Positions 49,350 to 64,000 of a stretch of DNA of 64,000 nt are shown piece by piece. The stretch lies in contig OX597833.1 in the NCBI GenBank assembly GCA_951406725.2, positions 29,078,001 through 29,142,000 on the forward strand, read 5' to 3'. Numbering within the stretch: position 1 is the first letter of the stretch; each line of letters opens with the position of its first letter. Below the pieces are notes generated by a model. The model searched no databases. It was not told the DNA's origin and worked only from the letters and a program-made list of their open reading frames with translations. Both the position numbers and the translations under genes were made by a program. Origin of the DNA: Octopus vulgaris. Taxonomy: Eukaryota.

Positions 49350-50485
49350 GAATCCATAACCATAGTCTTAATAAGTAGGAAGGTGGACAAATCACAAATC
49401 CCTTCAGGTAGATGGCTCTGCTCCATCTGTAGAAAAGGCATAAGATGTACCTGGTGTAAGCTATGGACACATAAGAGGTGCAGCAATGTCAAAAGAAGGT
49501 TAACTGGGAAGATAGTTTTTGTGTGTGGAAAATGCTCAGGGGCAATAAAGATTGAAAATGTGTAGAAAACAGATTCCATCACATGATAGGGGAAAAAAAC
49601 TAGTAGTTGATAGCTTCTGTTACCTAGGTGACCAAGTCAGTAGCAGGGGTGAATGATTTGAGAGTGTAACTTCTAGAATAAGAATAGCTTGGGCAAAGTT
49701 CTGCTGGTGACAAACAGCTTCTCGCTCAGAGTGAAAGGTAGACTGTATGATGTCTGTGTGCAAACAGCCATGCTACACAGCAGTGAAACATGGTCTGTGA
49801 CTGCTAAGAACATGCATAGGCTTGAAAGAAATGAAGCTAGTATGATCTGCTGGATGTGCAATGTCAGTGTGCATGCGCAACAGAGTGTAAGCATCCTGAG
49901 AGAAAAGTTAGACATCAAATGTGGTGAGCAAGTGAGACGACTGCGCTGGTATGGTCATATGATACGTATGAATGAGGAGAGCTGTGTGAAGAAGTGTAAT
50001 AGCCTAACAGTGGAGTGAACCTGTGGAAGAGGTAGATCCAGGAAGACCTGGGATGAGGTGGTGAAGCATGACCTTTGAACGTTGGGGCTTGTAGAGACAA
50101 TGACAAGCGGTCGAGATCTTCGGAGATATGCCATGCCTGAGAAGACCCAAGCAAATAAAGTGAGATTGCAGTCATGGCCGATGTCAGTGTTGCATAACTA
50201 GCTCATTTAAAAACACCCTTGAATCGTCGAGCAGTATGCTGTGTTTGTGAAGACCTGTTGAACCGAGTAAAATCATAGTTGTGGCTGATGCCAGTGCCAC
50301 CCAACTGGCTCTTGTGTCAGTGGCACATAAAAAAACCACCCACTACACTCTTGGAGTAGTTAGCATCTAGCTGTAGAAACCATGCCAAATCAGATTGGAG
50401 CCTGGTGCCTCTCAGCTTGCCAGTCCCCAGTAACCCCCCCCCCCAACCTATGCTAGCATGGAAAGCGGATGTTAAATGATGATGA
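49350..50485 (+). mobile_element. 5'-truncated RTE-type LINE copy, inverted relative to 46878-48925
   Basis: Reverse-complement homology to 46878-48160; PHD-like Cys cluster, FCYLGD, RLRWYGH; (GAT)n tail. Confidence 0.9.
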
Positions 50486-50496
50486 TATGAATTATA

Positions 50497-51075
50497 ATCA
50501 TCATCATCATCATCATCGTTGTTTAATGTCCGTATTCCATGCTGGCATGGGTTGGACTGTTTGACTGAGGACTGGCAAGCCAGAAGGCTGTACCCAGGCT
50601 CCAATCTGATCTGGCATGGTTTCTACAGCTGGATACCCTTTCTAACACCAAGCACTCTGAGAGTATAGTGGGTGCTTTTTATGTACCATCAACATGAGGG
50701 CCAGTCAGGCGGTACTAGCATCAACCACGCTTGAATGGTGCTTTTTATGTGCCACCAGCACAGGAGTCAGTCAGGTGGCACTGGTAACAGCCACAGTTGA
50801 ATGGTGCTTATTTACATGCCTCCGGCACAGGACCAGTCAAGCAGCACTGGTATCAACCACACCCAAATGGCGCTTATTACATGCCACCTGCACAGGTGCT
50901 AGTCAGGCGGTACTGGTATTGACCATGACAATGTCTTCACTTGACTCAACAGGTCCTCCTAAGCACAGTTTATTGCCCAATGATTGAAGAGTACTCTTAA
51001 ATGGGCTGGTTATGCTGCACTGGCATAAGCCACAGTTACGGCCTCACTTGGCTTACTGGGTCCAAAGGTCTCGGT
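50497..51075 (-). mobile_element. RTE-type LINE 3' tail copy, tail-to-tail with 49350-50485
   Basis: (CAT)n start, shared tail, about 4 diverged ~63-bp units. Confidence 0.85.
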
Positions 51076-51245
51076 TGCTCAGTATGTTGACGTGTGTATA
51101 AGTGTGTACTTGTGTGTTTATGTTTACATCTCTATGTGTATCTCTCATCATCATCCTGATCGTTGTTTAGTGTCCATATTCCATGCTGTAACATTGTGTT
51201 TGTGCCTATGTCTCTAACCAACTCTTGTTACAACCCTTTTGTTGA

Positions 51246-51458
<213 letters not shown>

Positions 51459-51789
51459 TGAGTCCCCCCCCCTACACACACACCACTTTCCTCCTTTAAC
51501 TCTAGTATTTAATCCAGCCAAAATATTCTACCTGTTTTCTGTTCAAACCAACCAGGTTGGGTCTCTCAGACCTGCCTTACAATGTCATTAAAAAAATATA
51601 CATCATCAAAATCTCAAAGATACAAGACAGTACTTGATTAATTCAACACAATGTCAATAAATAAGAATTCTAATATGATTTAATCTGAATTCTAATGAGT
51701 TAAACATTATGGTGGTGAAGGTGTTAGTAGTGATGGAAAGATCTAGAAATTGTTGGGAGAGATGTGGTGGTGAGGTGTTGTGTAAGTAG

Positions 51790-52296
<507 letters not shown>

Positions 52297-53482
52297 TAAC
52301 CTCTAAGATGGTACTCACTTCATGTCCAGGATTGACTTTGATTAGATTAGAGTGTCCTAATCTTTTTTCTTTGGGAGTATCTCTCTGGTCTCTGGGGCAG
52401 TACTCACTACCAGTCATGTTTTATCATTTGCATTGTCTTGAGATTTAGTCTAATTAAATTTGTATGGAACTAGAAGTTCTATATCCATGTAGTTGGTGGA
52501 TAATCCAACATCTGAGCCTGACAGCCATTATGACCTACATACACTCACTATTAGGTGATTGTTCATAAGTAACATAATTGAATTTACCATTTACTCTGAG
52601 TTAAATTTGAATTATGCAAAAATAAGGCTCTAAATTTGAAGTCATACATCATCCAACGATTTCAACAAGCATTCAATTTATTTGATCAACAGAAATATTG
52701 AAGTATATCATAGCATTCTTATTAAGTTACTTTAAATTTTTTGTTATTTTTCTTATTACTTGTCCTACTGTTCATACTACTTGTCCATGTTGGTAGTATG
52801 CTTTTATAAATTGAAAATTTGCTTATTGTTGGAGCAGGTGTTTTTAAAGCTGGGTAGTACTCTTCTTACTGCTAACTACCACTCAACCAAGGAGGATGAG
52901 TGGAACCTGTTTGCCAGCCATTTAGACCCCTTGACAGTTCGAGTTATATTCATTGCCTAAGAACACAACAAATGTAGTGTCGAAGTTCTTAACTTTATTC
53001 TCTGTATTGTTGCTATTGAGTTATTTATGAGGTAGGAGTATGGAATCTTGCCTTGTAGTTCTGGCAATATATGTCTGTACTGAAATATGAATGCAAAATC
53101 ATCTGGTCAGTCGTCCAGTAACCTAAACTCAAACTGATTTATTCATTGCTGTTCTAAGCGTCAACCAAGAATGTTTAATGAATAATCAATCTTTATGTGA
53201 TCACATTTATGATTGTGTTTTGATTAATTTTCAAATCACTCAAGAATTTAGAGACATCATGTTTAGAAGATAATGAAACTTTCTTTCCTAAAATTGTGAT
53301 GCATGATTTTAATTTAAATGTGAATCCTTTAGAATGTAATGTTTTGTATGATAAAACCAGAGTGAGGTTTCAGATGGATTCACATATACAGAATTAGTAC
53401 ATCCCTGGTTAATTCATAGATTTGTATTTATTTATTTATTTCAGACTGAATCTTATAATTAAGATTTTATAATAACTTTTAA

Positions 53483-55012
<1,530 letters not shown>

Positions 55013-56064
55013 TAAAATGTCCATAAAGTGTGAGGGAGTGTGAAAGCCAATGATACTGAAAAATAGCTACAAGTTTGTCTCACAGATTTTGTTTTCAGTT
55101 CATTGACAACAAAGTTTACAGTTAGATTCACAGAACCATTAGAGTGTATTGATTCAATTCTCATTGAGGTTATTTTTTGCCTTTCATCTCTCCAGGGTGG
55201 ATAAATTAAAATACCAGTACTAGGATCAATTGTATCAGCTAATTCCCATCCTGCAAAATGCTAGTCTTTGCCTAAATTTAAGATGGTTATTATCAATTAC
55301 AGCAACAGTAGGTTGATAGACTGATTAGAGTGCTGGGAAAAATATTAAATACTAATTATTTGAACTCTTTACATTCTGAGTTCAAATCCCACCAGAGTCA
55401 ACTTTGGCTTTCATCCTTCCAAAGCCAATAAAATAAAGTATATGTACTGAGGTTAGTGTAATCAACTAAACTCCACACCCCACTCCTCTTAAAATTACTA
55501 CCCTTCCTGTTAGGTCAAGCCCTTAACAACTTTCTTTTCAAGTTTGTCTTGAAAAGGAAGATGAGGGTAGAGATGGAAATGCTGCCTCCCAGTAAATTTG
55601 TTGAAAGGTAAATGAGAGGGGTGAGCATGGTTCAAATAAACAGGCTTGCTCTGCACATGTACATGTAAAGTGGAGGAGGTGCTTGCTTTAGTGTTGAGGT
55701 GACCATAGTTTCTTTTTGTGAGGCTTCTAGTAGCTCTTCCCCACTTTGAGGAAAATTTTCTTTGTTTGAATTTCTTTTTAGCTATCTTATTTACATATCT
55801 TTTTTTCTTTCCCGATGTAATCCAACACTTAGTGTCCTGTACCATTTGTGATCTTGGTTATTCTAGTGGTTAATAAAGAAATGATTATTACTATTGGTAG
55901 AACTGTTAGCACACCAGGCAGAATGCTTAGTGGCATTCTATCCTTTTGAGGTTGATAAAATAAGTACCAGTTGAACATTGGGGTTGATGTTATTAACTTA
56001 CCCAACTTCTAAAGTTGCTGGCCTTGTGCCAAAATTTGAAACCATTATTATTATTATCATCATC

Positions 56065-56950
56065 TATGATGCTTTTCCTCTGACAGATGTTATACCGACA
56101 CTATACCAAAAGAGTGAGCTGTATTCAATGGATCATTCTCATTTCAACTTTCTAACACCTTCCTTGGAATTCTTACTGTTCCTAACAGGACTGATTTTTG
56201 CAACAGCCCCATTCTGGTAGTAATTCCTAGCTTCTCAAGCCATGCATTCAACCTTTTACTAACTGCCCCCAGTTCACCAACCACAACCATTACCACTTCT
56301 AAGTGCCCAATTTTTCCGTAGTTTCCTGATTTCCCTCTTCAGCTCCTGATTTTTCTTAACTCACTTTCCTTCTCATTCACCCTTTAGCCCAACAGTGAAG
56401 CAATATCCATTATAATTGTTTTCTTCTTTTCTAACAACATGTCCTACAAGATCTTATATTGTTCATTTTCACCAACACTTTCCAGTTAGTGTTCATACCA
56501 TTTCTCACTTCTGCTCATGTCATACTTATGACAGAACTTCCTGTGAACCAATCTGGCAATGTTATCATGCCTTCTCTTGTACTCTTTTTGTGCAAGCATC
56601 TTACATTCAACAACTTACAAAATGGGAAAATCACTTACTTGTCAGTACTGAACTTGATATAGTTTGTTCTCAGTACCTGTTCTTGGGCTGTGAAGATAAG
56701 GGCTTTAGTTTCAACTTTCAAGTTGCTTTTCCTTGTCCATTCTCAGATCTTATCTTTGTCAACAGTTTCAGGCATTTCCTGCAAGAATTGACCATATATT
56801 TTTCTTTCCGTCTATTCAAGATGTCATTCTGTCTGTCTTGTTTAAATTCTCCATTTTCCTTTACTTCATCACTGCTTAGGACTTCTATCTTTCTTACTCC
56901 TGCTGTCAATCTCTCTTTTGAATTTTTTACATATGATGCCTGATTATTTT
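56065..56950 (-). mobile_element. R4/Dong-like retrotransposon 3' fragment
   Basis: Minus-strand LIFTAQEQVLRTNYIK and AQKEYKRRHDNIARLVH; 3' end next to (ATT)n at 56044-56058. Confidence 0.72.
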
Positions 56951-57547
56951 CCTCAAATTTCACTCACATTTCACAATTAATGAGACCTCTCCCTTCTCTC
57001 TGTCATGAGAGACACACCCAGCCCAAGTCACTTTTGTAGTGTAGAGCCCCTTGTATTGTTGTCATTTTCTTGGTCTTCCTATCTAGCCCCTTAAATTCAT
57101 CACTTCTGTACTCTGTCACATCAGTGCAATATCTTGGAGCTGCAACTGTCATCGTTGTAGTTGTTGTTGTTGGTGGTGGTTGTGGAGGAGGAGGAGGAGG
57201 ACAGTTTGGCAGTAGATTATTAAAATCATTACTGCATGAAACCTTGTGGTATTTAGCTACGGCATTTTACATTCTGAGTTCAAATCCTCTTGTTGTCAAC
57301 TTTTCTTTTCATCCTTTCGATATTGATAAAAGAAAGTACCTTTTAAATAGGAGGAAAAATTCTCTGATATTTAGTCATGTCCATTCACATTTTGAGTTGA
57401 AATCCTGCTATGTTCGACTTTACTTTTCATCCTTTTGGCATTGATAAAATAAAGAACTAGTAATGTCTTGAGATTGATTTTAAATTAATTTCAACACTTC
57501 TTCAGAATTAACAGGATTGATTGTTGGCAGTAGATGTCGTGATATTT

Positions 57548-57688
57548 ATAGTAGTAGTAGCAGTGTTGGCGGCGACAGCAATAGTTCTGATAACATCAAC
57601 AGCAATAATAGTAGTAGTAGCAGCAGCAGCAACAGCAATATAGTAACATTATTATTATTATTATTATCATTATTATTATTATTATTAT

Positions 57689-57728
<40 letters not shown>

Positions 57729-57762
57729 GGTGGTGGTAGTGATAATGGTAATGGTAGTAGTA
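57548..57762. repeat. compound trinucleotide microsatellite (AGT/AGC/TTA/GTA/GTG)
   Basis: Direct reading. It accounts for the homopolymeric ORFs at 57517-57850. Confidence 0.95.
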
Positions 57763-57789
57763 TCAATGAAAATACAGACCTCCAAATAG

Positions 57790-58011
<222 letters not shown>

Positions 58012-58230
58012 TGATCATTGTCATCATCACCACTATTTTCATTGCCTGCATTACCATCAACACTACCACCATCTACATTACGAACATAAACACCATCATC
58101 TCCATTATGATTACCATCATCCTCTCCACCATAACCATCACCACCTTTCATCATCAATACAGTCATCTCCACCACCATCATCATTATCATTACCACTTGT
58201 TCATTGTTGATTACAATATGACTCATTTGA

Positions 58231-58383
<153 letters not shown>

Positions 58384-58410
58384 TAAGTTGATGGCAAAAG
58401 AGAGTCTTTT

Positions 58411-58441
<31 letters not shown>

Positions 58442-58637
58442 CCTTCTTCTCAGTCTTTCTTGACTATACTGCATCACTACTACTGATGTTTTTCATTACA
58501 CTACAACACAACTTCTGACTCCATTGCAGCTTTATTGCAGCCACTGCTAAATCATAACATGCTCCCCTCTCCCCCCAATACTGTCAGCATGATCTATCGA
58601 TCAATCCATTGAATTCATTTTAATATCCATTTTTTAA

Positions 58638-59108
<471 letters not shown>

Positions 59109-60179
59109 TAACATCTGTTTTCCATGCTGGCATAGGTTGAACAGTTTGAACAGAGCTGAGCAGCTGTACCAGGTTCCAGTCTGATTTGGCTTGGTTTGGG
59201 TGTTTTTAACATGCCATTGGCACAAGCACTTTCATGTGGCACTGACACAAGTGCTTTCTACATGGCACCATGATTGTGTATCTATGTATATTGAGATAAA
59301 TCTAAGAACTACATAGAAGCTCCTTTACAGACAGCTGTGATCTCTGTTTAAAGATGACAAAGTACTTTTCTATTCATCTGTTCATCATTTCATTATTGTT
59401 CTTCTGGTATTGGATTACAACCTTTGATATTTAGCACCTTTCTTAATGTTCTTGCTGTGCCAAGCAAACAGGCTTTCTACAGCATCAATATCCAACATCT
59501 TCAATCGTCATTTAGACTTCTTGTAACTGTTATGTGGTTAGAAATGTCCACACAGAAGCGGTAATAACAACATTACAGCAATTCTAAATTCTCTGAAGTA
59601 TGTGTTTTAGGTCTTGGTATTTTTTATTTTCTCACATTCTTTGTCTACCAGTCATGTATTAAATGGTCAAACAACAGCAGTTAAACAACACACACATGCA
59701 TATATATTATGAAAAAGTGAATATAAATTAAAAGAAGACAACACAGGAGGGCTAAGGTTTAACAAATATTGTATTTGTGGGGGAGAACAAGAGAAGAAAG
59801 GTTGAGTTGAGGGGGAAAGAGAAAACAAAACAGGAGAAATTGATAAAAAAATCATTTTCAATAAAATGCTGATGAATATACACACACACACTAGTAAAAC
59901 ATCTTGGAAGATAGAAGTTGATAGTCAAAAAATATGCAAAAGAGGTTTAAGCAGGTGTAAGAGTTTTTAGAAGATTTATAAGGAAGGAGAGAACTAACAT
60001 TTGAAAACATTTTTACAAAGTTGGAGGGTGTCCTAAGAGTCCAAAAATGGCAAAATGGTTAATTCCAGCAGTAAATTATGTGTGAATTGGGGACAGCTGA
60101 AGTGAAAAGAGATTTCTCTAGACAGGAAGATGGAGGGGGGTAAGACGTGCGTGTGTGTGTGTGTGTGTGTGTACATTCA

Positions 60180-61430
60180 CTAAAGTGTTGCACAAATGCC
60201 TTCCATTATCTGTTCCAGCTCTACTTTCTAAGTCCAAATCATGTTGAGGTCAACTTCACTTTTCATCTCTCCAGAGATTCCTAAACTACAGATTAAAGAT
60301 TGCAAGCTGACAGAACCCTTAGAACACTGGAAAATATACCTTGCAGTATTTTGTTCTGGCTCTCTACATTCTGAGTTCAAATACTGCTAAGGTCAGCTTT
60401 GTTTTCATCTTTTTGGGCTCAATGAAATACCAATCTAGTACTGGGGTTGATGTAATTGATTAGCCCCTCTCCTTAAAATTGCTGGCCTTGTGCCTAAATT
60501 AGAAACAACAACAATAATAATAATAGTGGTTTCAAATTTTGCTACAAGGGCAGCAGTTTTTGGGGAGGGGATGAGTCAATTACATTGACCCCAGTGTTCA
60601 ACTGATACTTATCTTATTGACCCTGAAAGAATGGAAGGTAAAGTCTACCTCAGCGGAATTTGAACTCAGAAAGTAGTGACAGGTGTAGTAGTAGTAATAA
60701 TAACAATAATATAGTAATAATAATAATAATAATAATTCTTTCTACTATATGCACAAGGCCTGAAATTTTGGGGTAGATGGAGGAGCTTGTCGATTACATT
60801 GGCCCCAGTGCTCAACTGGTACTTATTTTAACAACTCTCAAAGGATAAAAGGTGAAGTCAGCCCTGGCAGAATTTGAATTCAGAACGGAAAGACACGAAT
60901 TGCTGTTAAGCATTTTCTTTTTTTACAAATCAGAGTAATTTTGATGACAGCAACAACACAGCTTTGCACTAGCAGTTTTTTGCAAAAGTCATTATTATTA
61001 TTACTATTACATCATTATTATTAAGGTAGCAAGCTGGCAGAATTGTTAGCACACTGGGCAAGATGCTTAGCAGGATTTCGTCCATCTTTATGTTCTGAGT
61101 TCAAATTCTACCAAGGTTGACTTTGCCTTTCATCCTTTTGGGGTCGATAAGTTAAGTACCAGTGGAACACTGGGTTCAGTGTAATCAGCTAGTCTCCCCT
61201 CCCCCAAATTTCAGGCCTTGTGCCTGCAGTAGAAAGGATTATTATTATTATCAATTATTATTATTTCTCTGGGTGACAGAACGAGATAATGGCAGATAAA
61301 TGATTTGCAGTTTTTAGTTACATGTTTTGAGTTCAAATCCCCCTGCTAGAATCGACTTTGCTTTTCTTCCATTGAGGATCAATGGCAAAGAATCAGGTTA
61401 GCAATGGGAGAAATGGAGATCAACTACAAC
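60180..61430. mobile_element. cluster of about 6 SINE family B copies in both orientations, separated by (TAA)n/(TTA)n
   Basis: tctgagttcaaat...gccttt..catcc..ctgggg blocks on + (60296-60505, 61022-61240, 61290-61430) and their reverse complements (60527-60680, 60735-60915). Confidence 0.85.
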
Positions 61431-61989
61431 CTTATTTCTGCAATTATTCATCCCTCAACTATTGTTCTTCATTATATTCACTGCATTACCCCTGCCTCAT
61501 CTTTAATGAGTTCTTATTCTCCTTATACACACTTGCAACCTTTACCCACTCATACGTCTTGTTCTTCTGTCCCCACTCACTTCCTGTATCTTGAGGGTCC
61601 AATTTGGTACCTCATCGCCACTTTCCAGCTCCACCCTGATTATTCTCATTTAATGCAAGTAGCTGTTCTGCTCCCTTTTGTAGTTTAACCTATCTTCATC
61701 TGACATAAAGCCACAGCTACATTCATTTGAAGGGGCTCTTAGTTTTTTGAGTTACATGGTGACTTCACTAATGCTAGTGCCTCAAAAAAAATGCACTTAG
61801 TTCATTCTGTGAAGTGGTGGATATTAGGAGGAGCATCCAGCTACAGAAATCATACCAAAGCAAACATTAGGGTACAATGCAGTCTTCAGAGCCATCATCT
61901 CCTGTCAAACCTTTCATTCCATGCCAGCATGCAAGATGGATATTAAAAGCTAATGATGACTGTGATGACTACTATTATACAAAGTATGT

Positions 61990-63230
61990 TACGAATTGAG
62001 GGTGGGCCTTGTTGATGGATGTTATCAGCATCATGCTGTTGGACACTTCCAAAGTAGTGAGGATCAACATCATTCTGAAGGAATACAAAGCACGGAGGAG
62101 CAAAAATTAACTTGAAGAAGTTGGTGAACTTGTAGCTCAGTAACTGGGAGAAGTTGTAAGAGGTTGGATCAACAGATCAATAAAAAAAATGCTCAGGATC
62201 TGGTTCAGTTCCAACCTGTAGGAGGACCAGTACTGGAACAATGTAACAAGAAAATTGACCAGTCTCACTCAGAAAAAAGACTGAAGAATCTGCTCTTTGG
62301 TTTTTTTGTGAAAGGGACATGTTTCATTAATCAGCTGTCCATCTCTTACCAGCACCCTCTGCACAGCATGCTGTAGATGCTGATGCACAGACACATGTTC
62401 ACACTTCACTACCTGCAGAGATTCCTGGGCAATGAGCATGTGTAGTGGCCATTCATGAGGCACATCTTTCTGCAGCTTGTCTCTTTGGTGGTGCTGTTTT
62501 GAAGCCAGACCGAGCCCCTGGCTTCTTGCTTGTCATTAGGTGCTCACTGCCCTGTACCTCACTGGTAATCTATAGATGGTTAGTGGAGGGAAAGAACAAT
62601 GATGTTCTTGGAAATATTTGGGGCATCAGTAAAATTGAACTGGCTGGTCTGTTTTGGAGCTCTTTCAAGTTGGAGATTGTTATGGGCAACTTCTAGAAGT
62701 CCTTGTCCTGGTGATGCTACTGTGAAGCTGTAATGGTTTGAGATAAATTTTACAGGCATGGAAGTGCCGTTAGATGAGCCTGTTCAAGGTGCATGCAGAG
62801 GTGCAGAAAGCATTCTGCATGCTCTTGTTCGGTATCCTAGCATTGTTGATTTGCATAGTCACATTGCTGTCATGTGTGGGACAGATTTAATGACATTAAG
62901 ATGATTGTTCTGCCACTTCTTTTAACCAGGTAGGGATGGCAGTTTTCTTGTCTGGTGGCTGTAGCTAAAGAGTTTGCGTAGTGGATAATTCATGCACTTT
63001 CCTTGGGCAATGCTTCATTGACTTTTGCAAGTTTTGCTCGAAAGGGAAGATGAGATTGGAGAAAAAGGTACTGTCCTCAAGTGAATTTATTGACAGATAG
63101 ATGAAAATTATGAAGATGGCAAGTGTGGATGAATGGACAATTAGAGATGGTATTTGCCTTTGGTGTTCAAGCAATCTTTGATGATGGGATTCTTTGAATG
63201 GCTCTGGATAGTGGTCATCCTGTATCAGGA
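61990..63230 (-). mobile_element. possible ancient non-LTR retroelement RT relic
   Basis: Faint minus-strand FLQNDV...QQHDADNI (YADD-like) near 62020-62090; heavily degraded. Confidence 0.35.
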
Positions 63231-63425
63231 GAATTACATCATGTATACTTTTCATCATTTAATTTTTACTCATTTGATTTTGTATAACCCCTCCCAACAC
63301 ACACACACACACACACAAATCATGTCTACAAAGACAGACTTCATGTCTGTCTTTGTATCATCCCCATCATCCATTACCCTGACGGCAAATATAAAGAATT
63401 TACTACTTCTACTATTCAATTTCAG

Positions 63426-63569
63426 ATTTTACAGACAGTGAAGTAAATTCCCCTCGCACTCCTAAAACTCCCAGTTCTCCAGGAACCTATTCCACTCTAA
63501 GACGTGTCCTTGATCAAAGACGACAGCTCGTGATGAAACTCTTTGAAGAATATGGACTTTTCCCATCAG
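63426..63569 (+). CDS. cic: cic exon 17: first half of C1 domain
   Basis: aatttcag|AT ... CAG|gtaaca, phase 1/1. [27 protein letters not shown] versus human [27 protein letters not shown], which has the intron at an equivalent point. Confidence 0.95.
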
Positions 63570-63699
63570 GTAACAATGCCTTTGTTTTTTATTACAATTT
63601 TTGGGGCCCAGAGGTGGATGAAGCACCTATGAGAGGTAGTAGGGTTTGAGGGGTATTGTTACTGATGACATTAAGTGGATGCTGGCAATATTCTTTTAT

Positions 63700-64000
63700 T
63701 CTTTTACTTGTTTCAGTCATTTGACTGTGGCCATGCTAGAGTGCCACATCAAGGGTTCTTATTCATACAAATCGACTCCAGTACTTATCTTTTAAGTGTA
63801 GTACTTATTTTATCAGCCTCTCTTGCTGACCCATTAAATTACAAGGATGTAAACACACCAACACTGGTTGTCAAGTGGTGATGGTGGAGACAAACAGACA
63901 CAAAGATACACACGCATGTAGATATATATATATATATATATACAATTGGCTTCTTTCAGTTTCCATCTACCAAATCTACTCACAAGGCTTTGATTGACCC
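63700..64000 (-). mobile_element. SINE family A copy, cut by the window end
   Basis: cttttacttgtttcagtcatttgactgtggccatgct matches 10778-10815. Confidence 0.85.

Overview
AT-rich, CpG-depleted animal genomic DNA dense in microsatellites, SINEs and LINEs. The repeat repertoire looks like a coleoid cephalopod, most likely Octopus (inference). The window lies inside one large + strand gene, the HMG-box repressor capicua (cic). I read 17 coding exons between 14215 and 63569, all with GT-AG boundaries and matching phases, totalling 6867 nt (2289 codons). They encode the ATXN1-binding WHSLVP motif, the [12 protein letters not shown] 14-3-3/RSK motif, the HMG box, the C2 motif and the start of C1. 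The first exon(s) and the end of C1 fall outside the window. The introns hold Tc1/mariner relics, RTE-type, R4/Dong-type and Penelope retroelements, a Helentron-like non-autonomous element, MITEs and several SINE families. Main observations: (1) a ~370-aa array of ~55 hexapeptide units (R-Q-x-S-hydrophobic-D/E) in one cic exon, forming ~28 overlapping basophilic-kinase consensus sites; (2) a degenerate minimal hammerhead ribozyme at the 3' end of a Penelope element; (3) inverted LINE copies bracketing an in-frame two-exon module, a candidate circRNA and dsRNA-editing arrangement.
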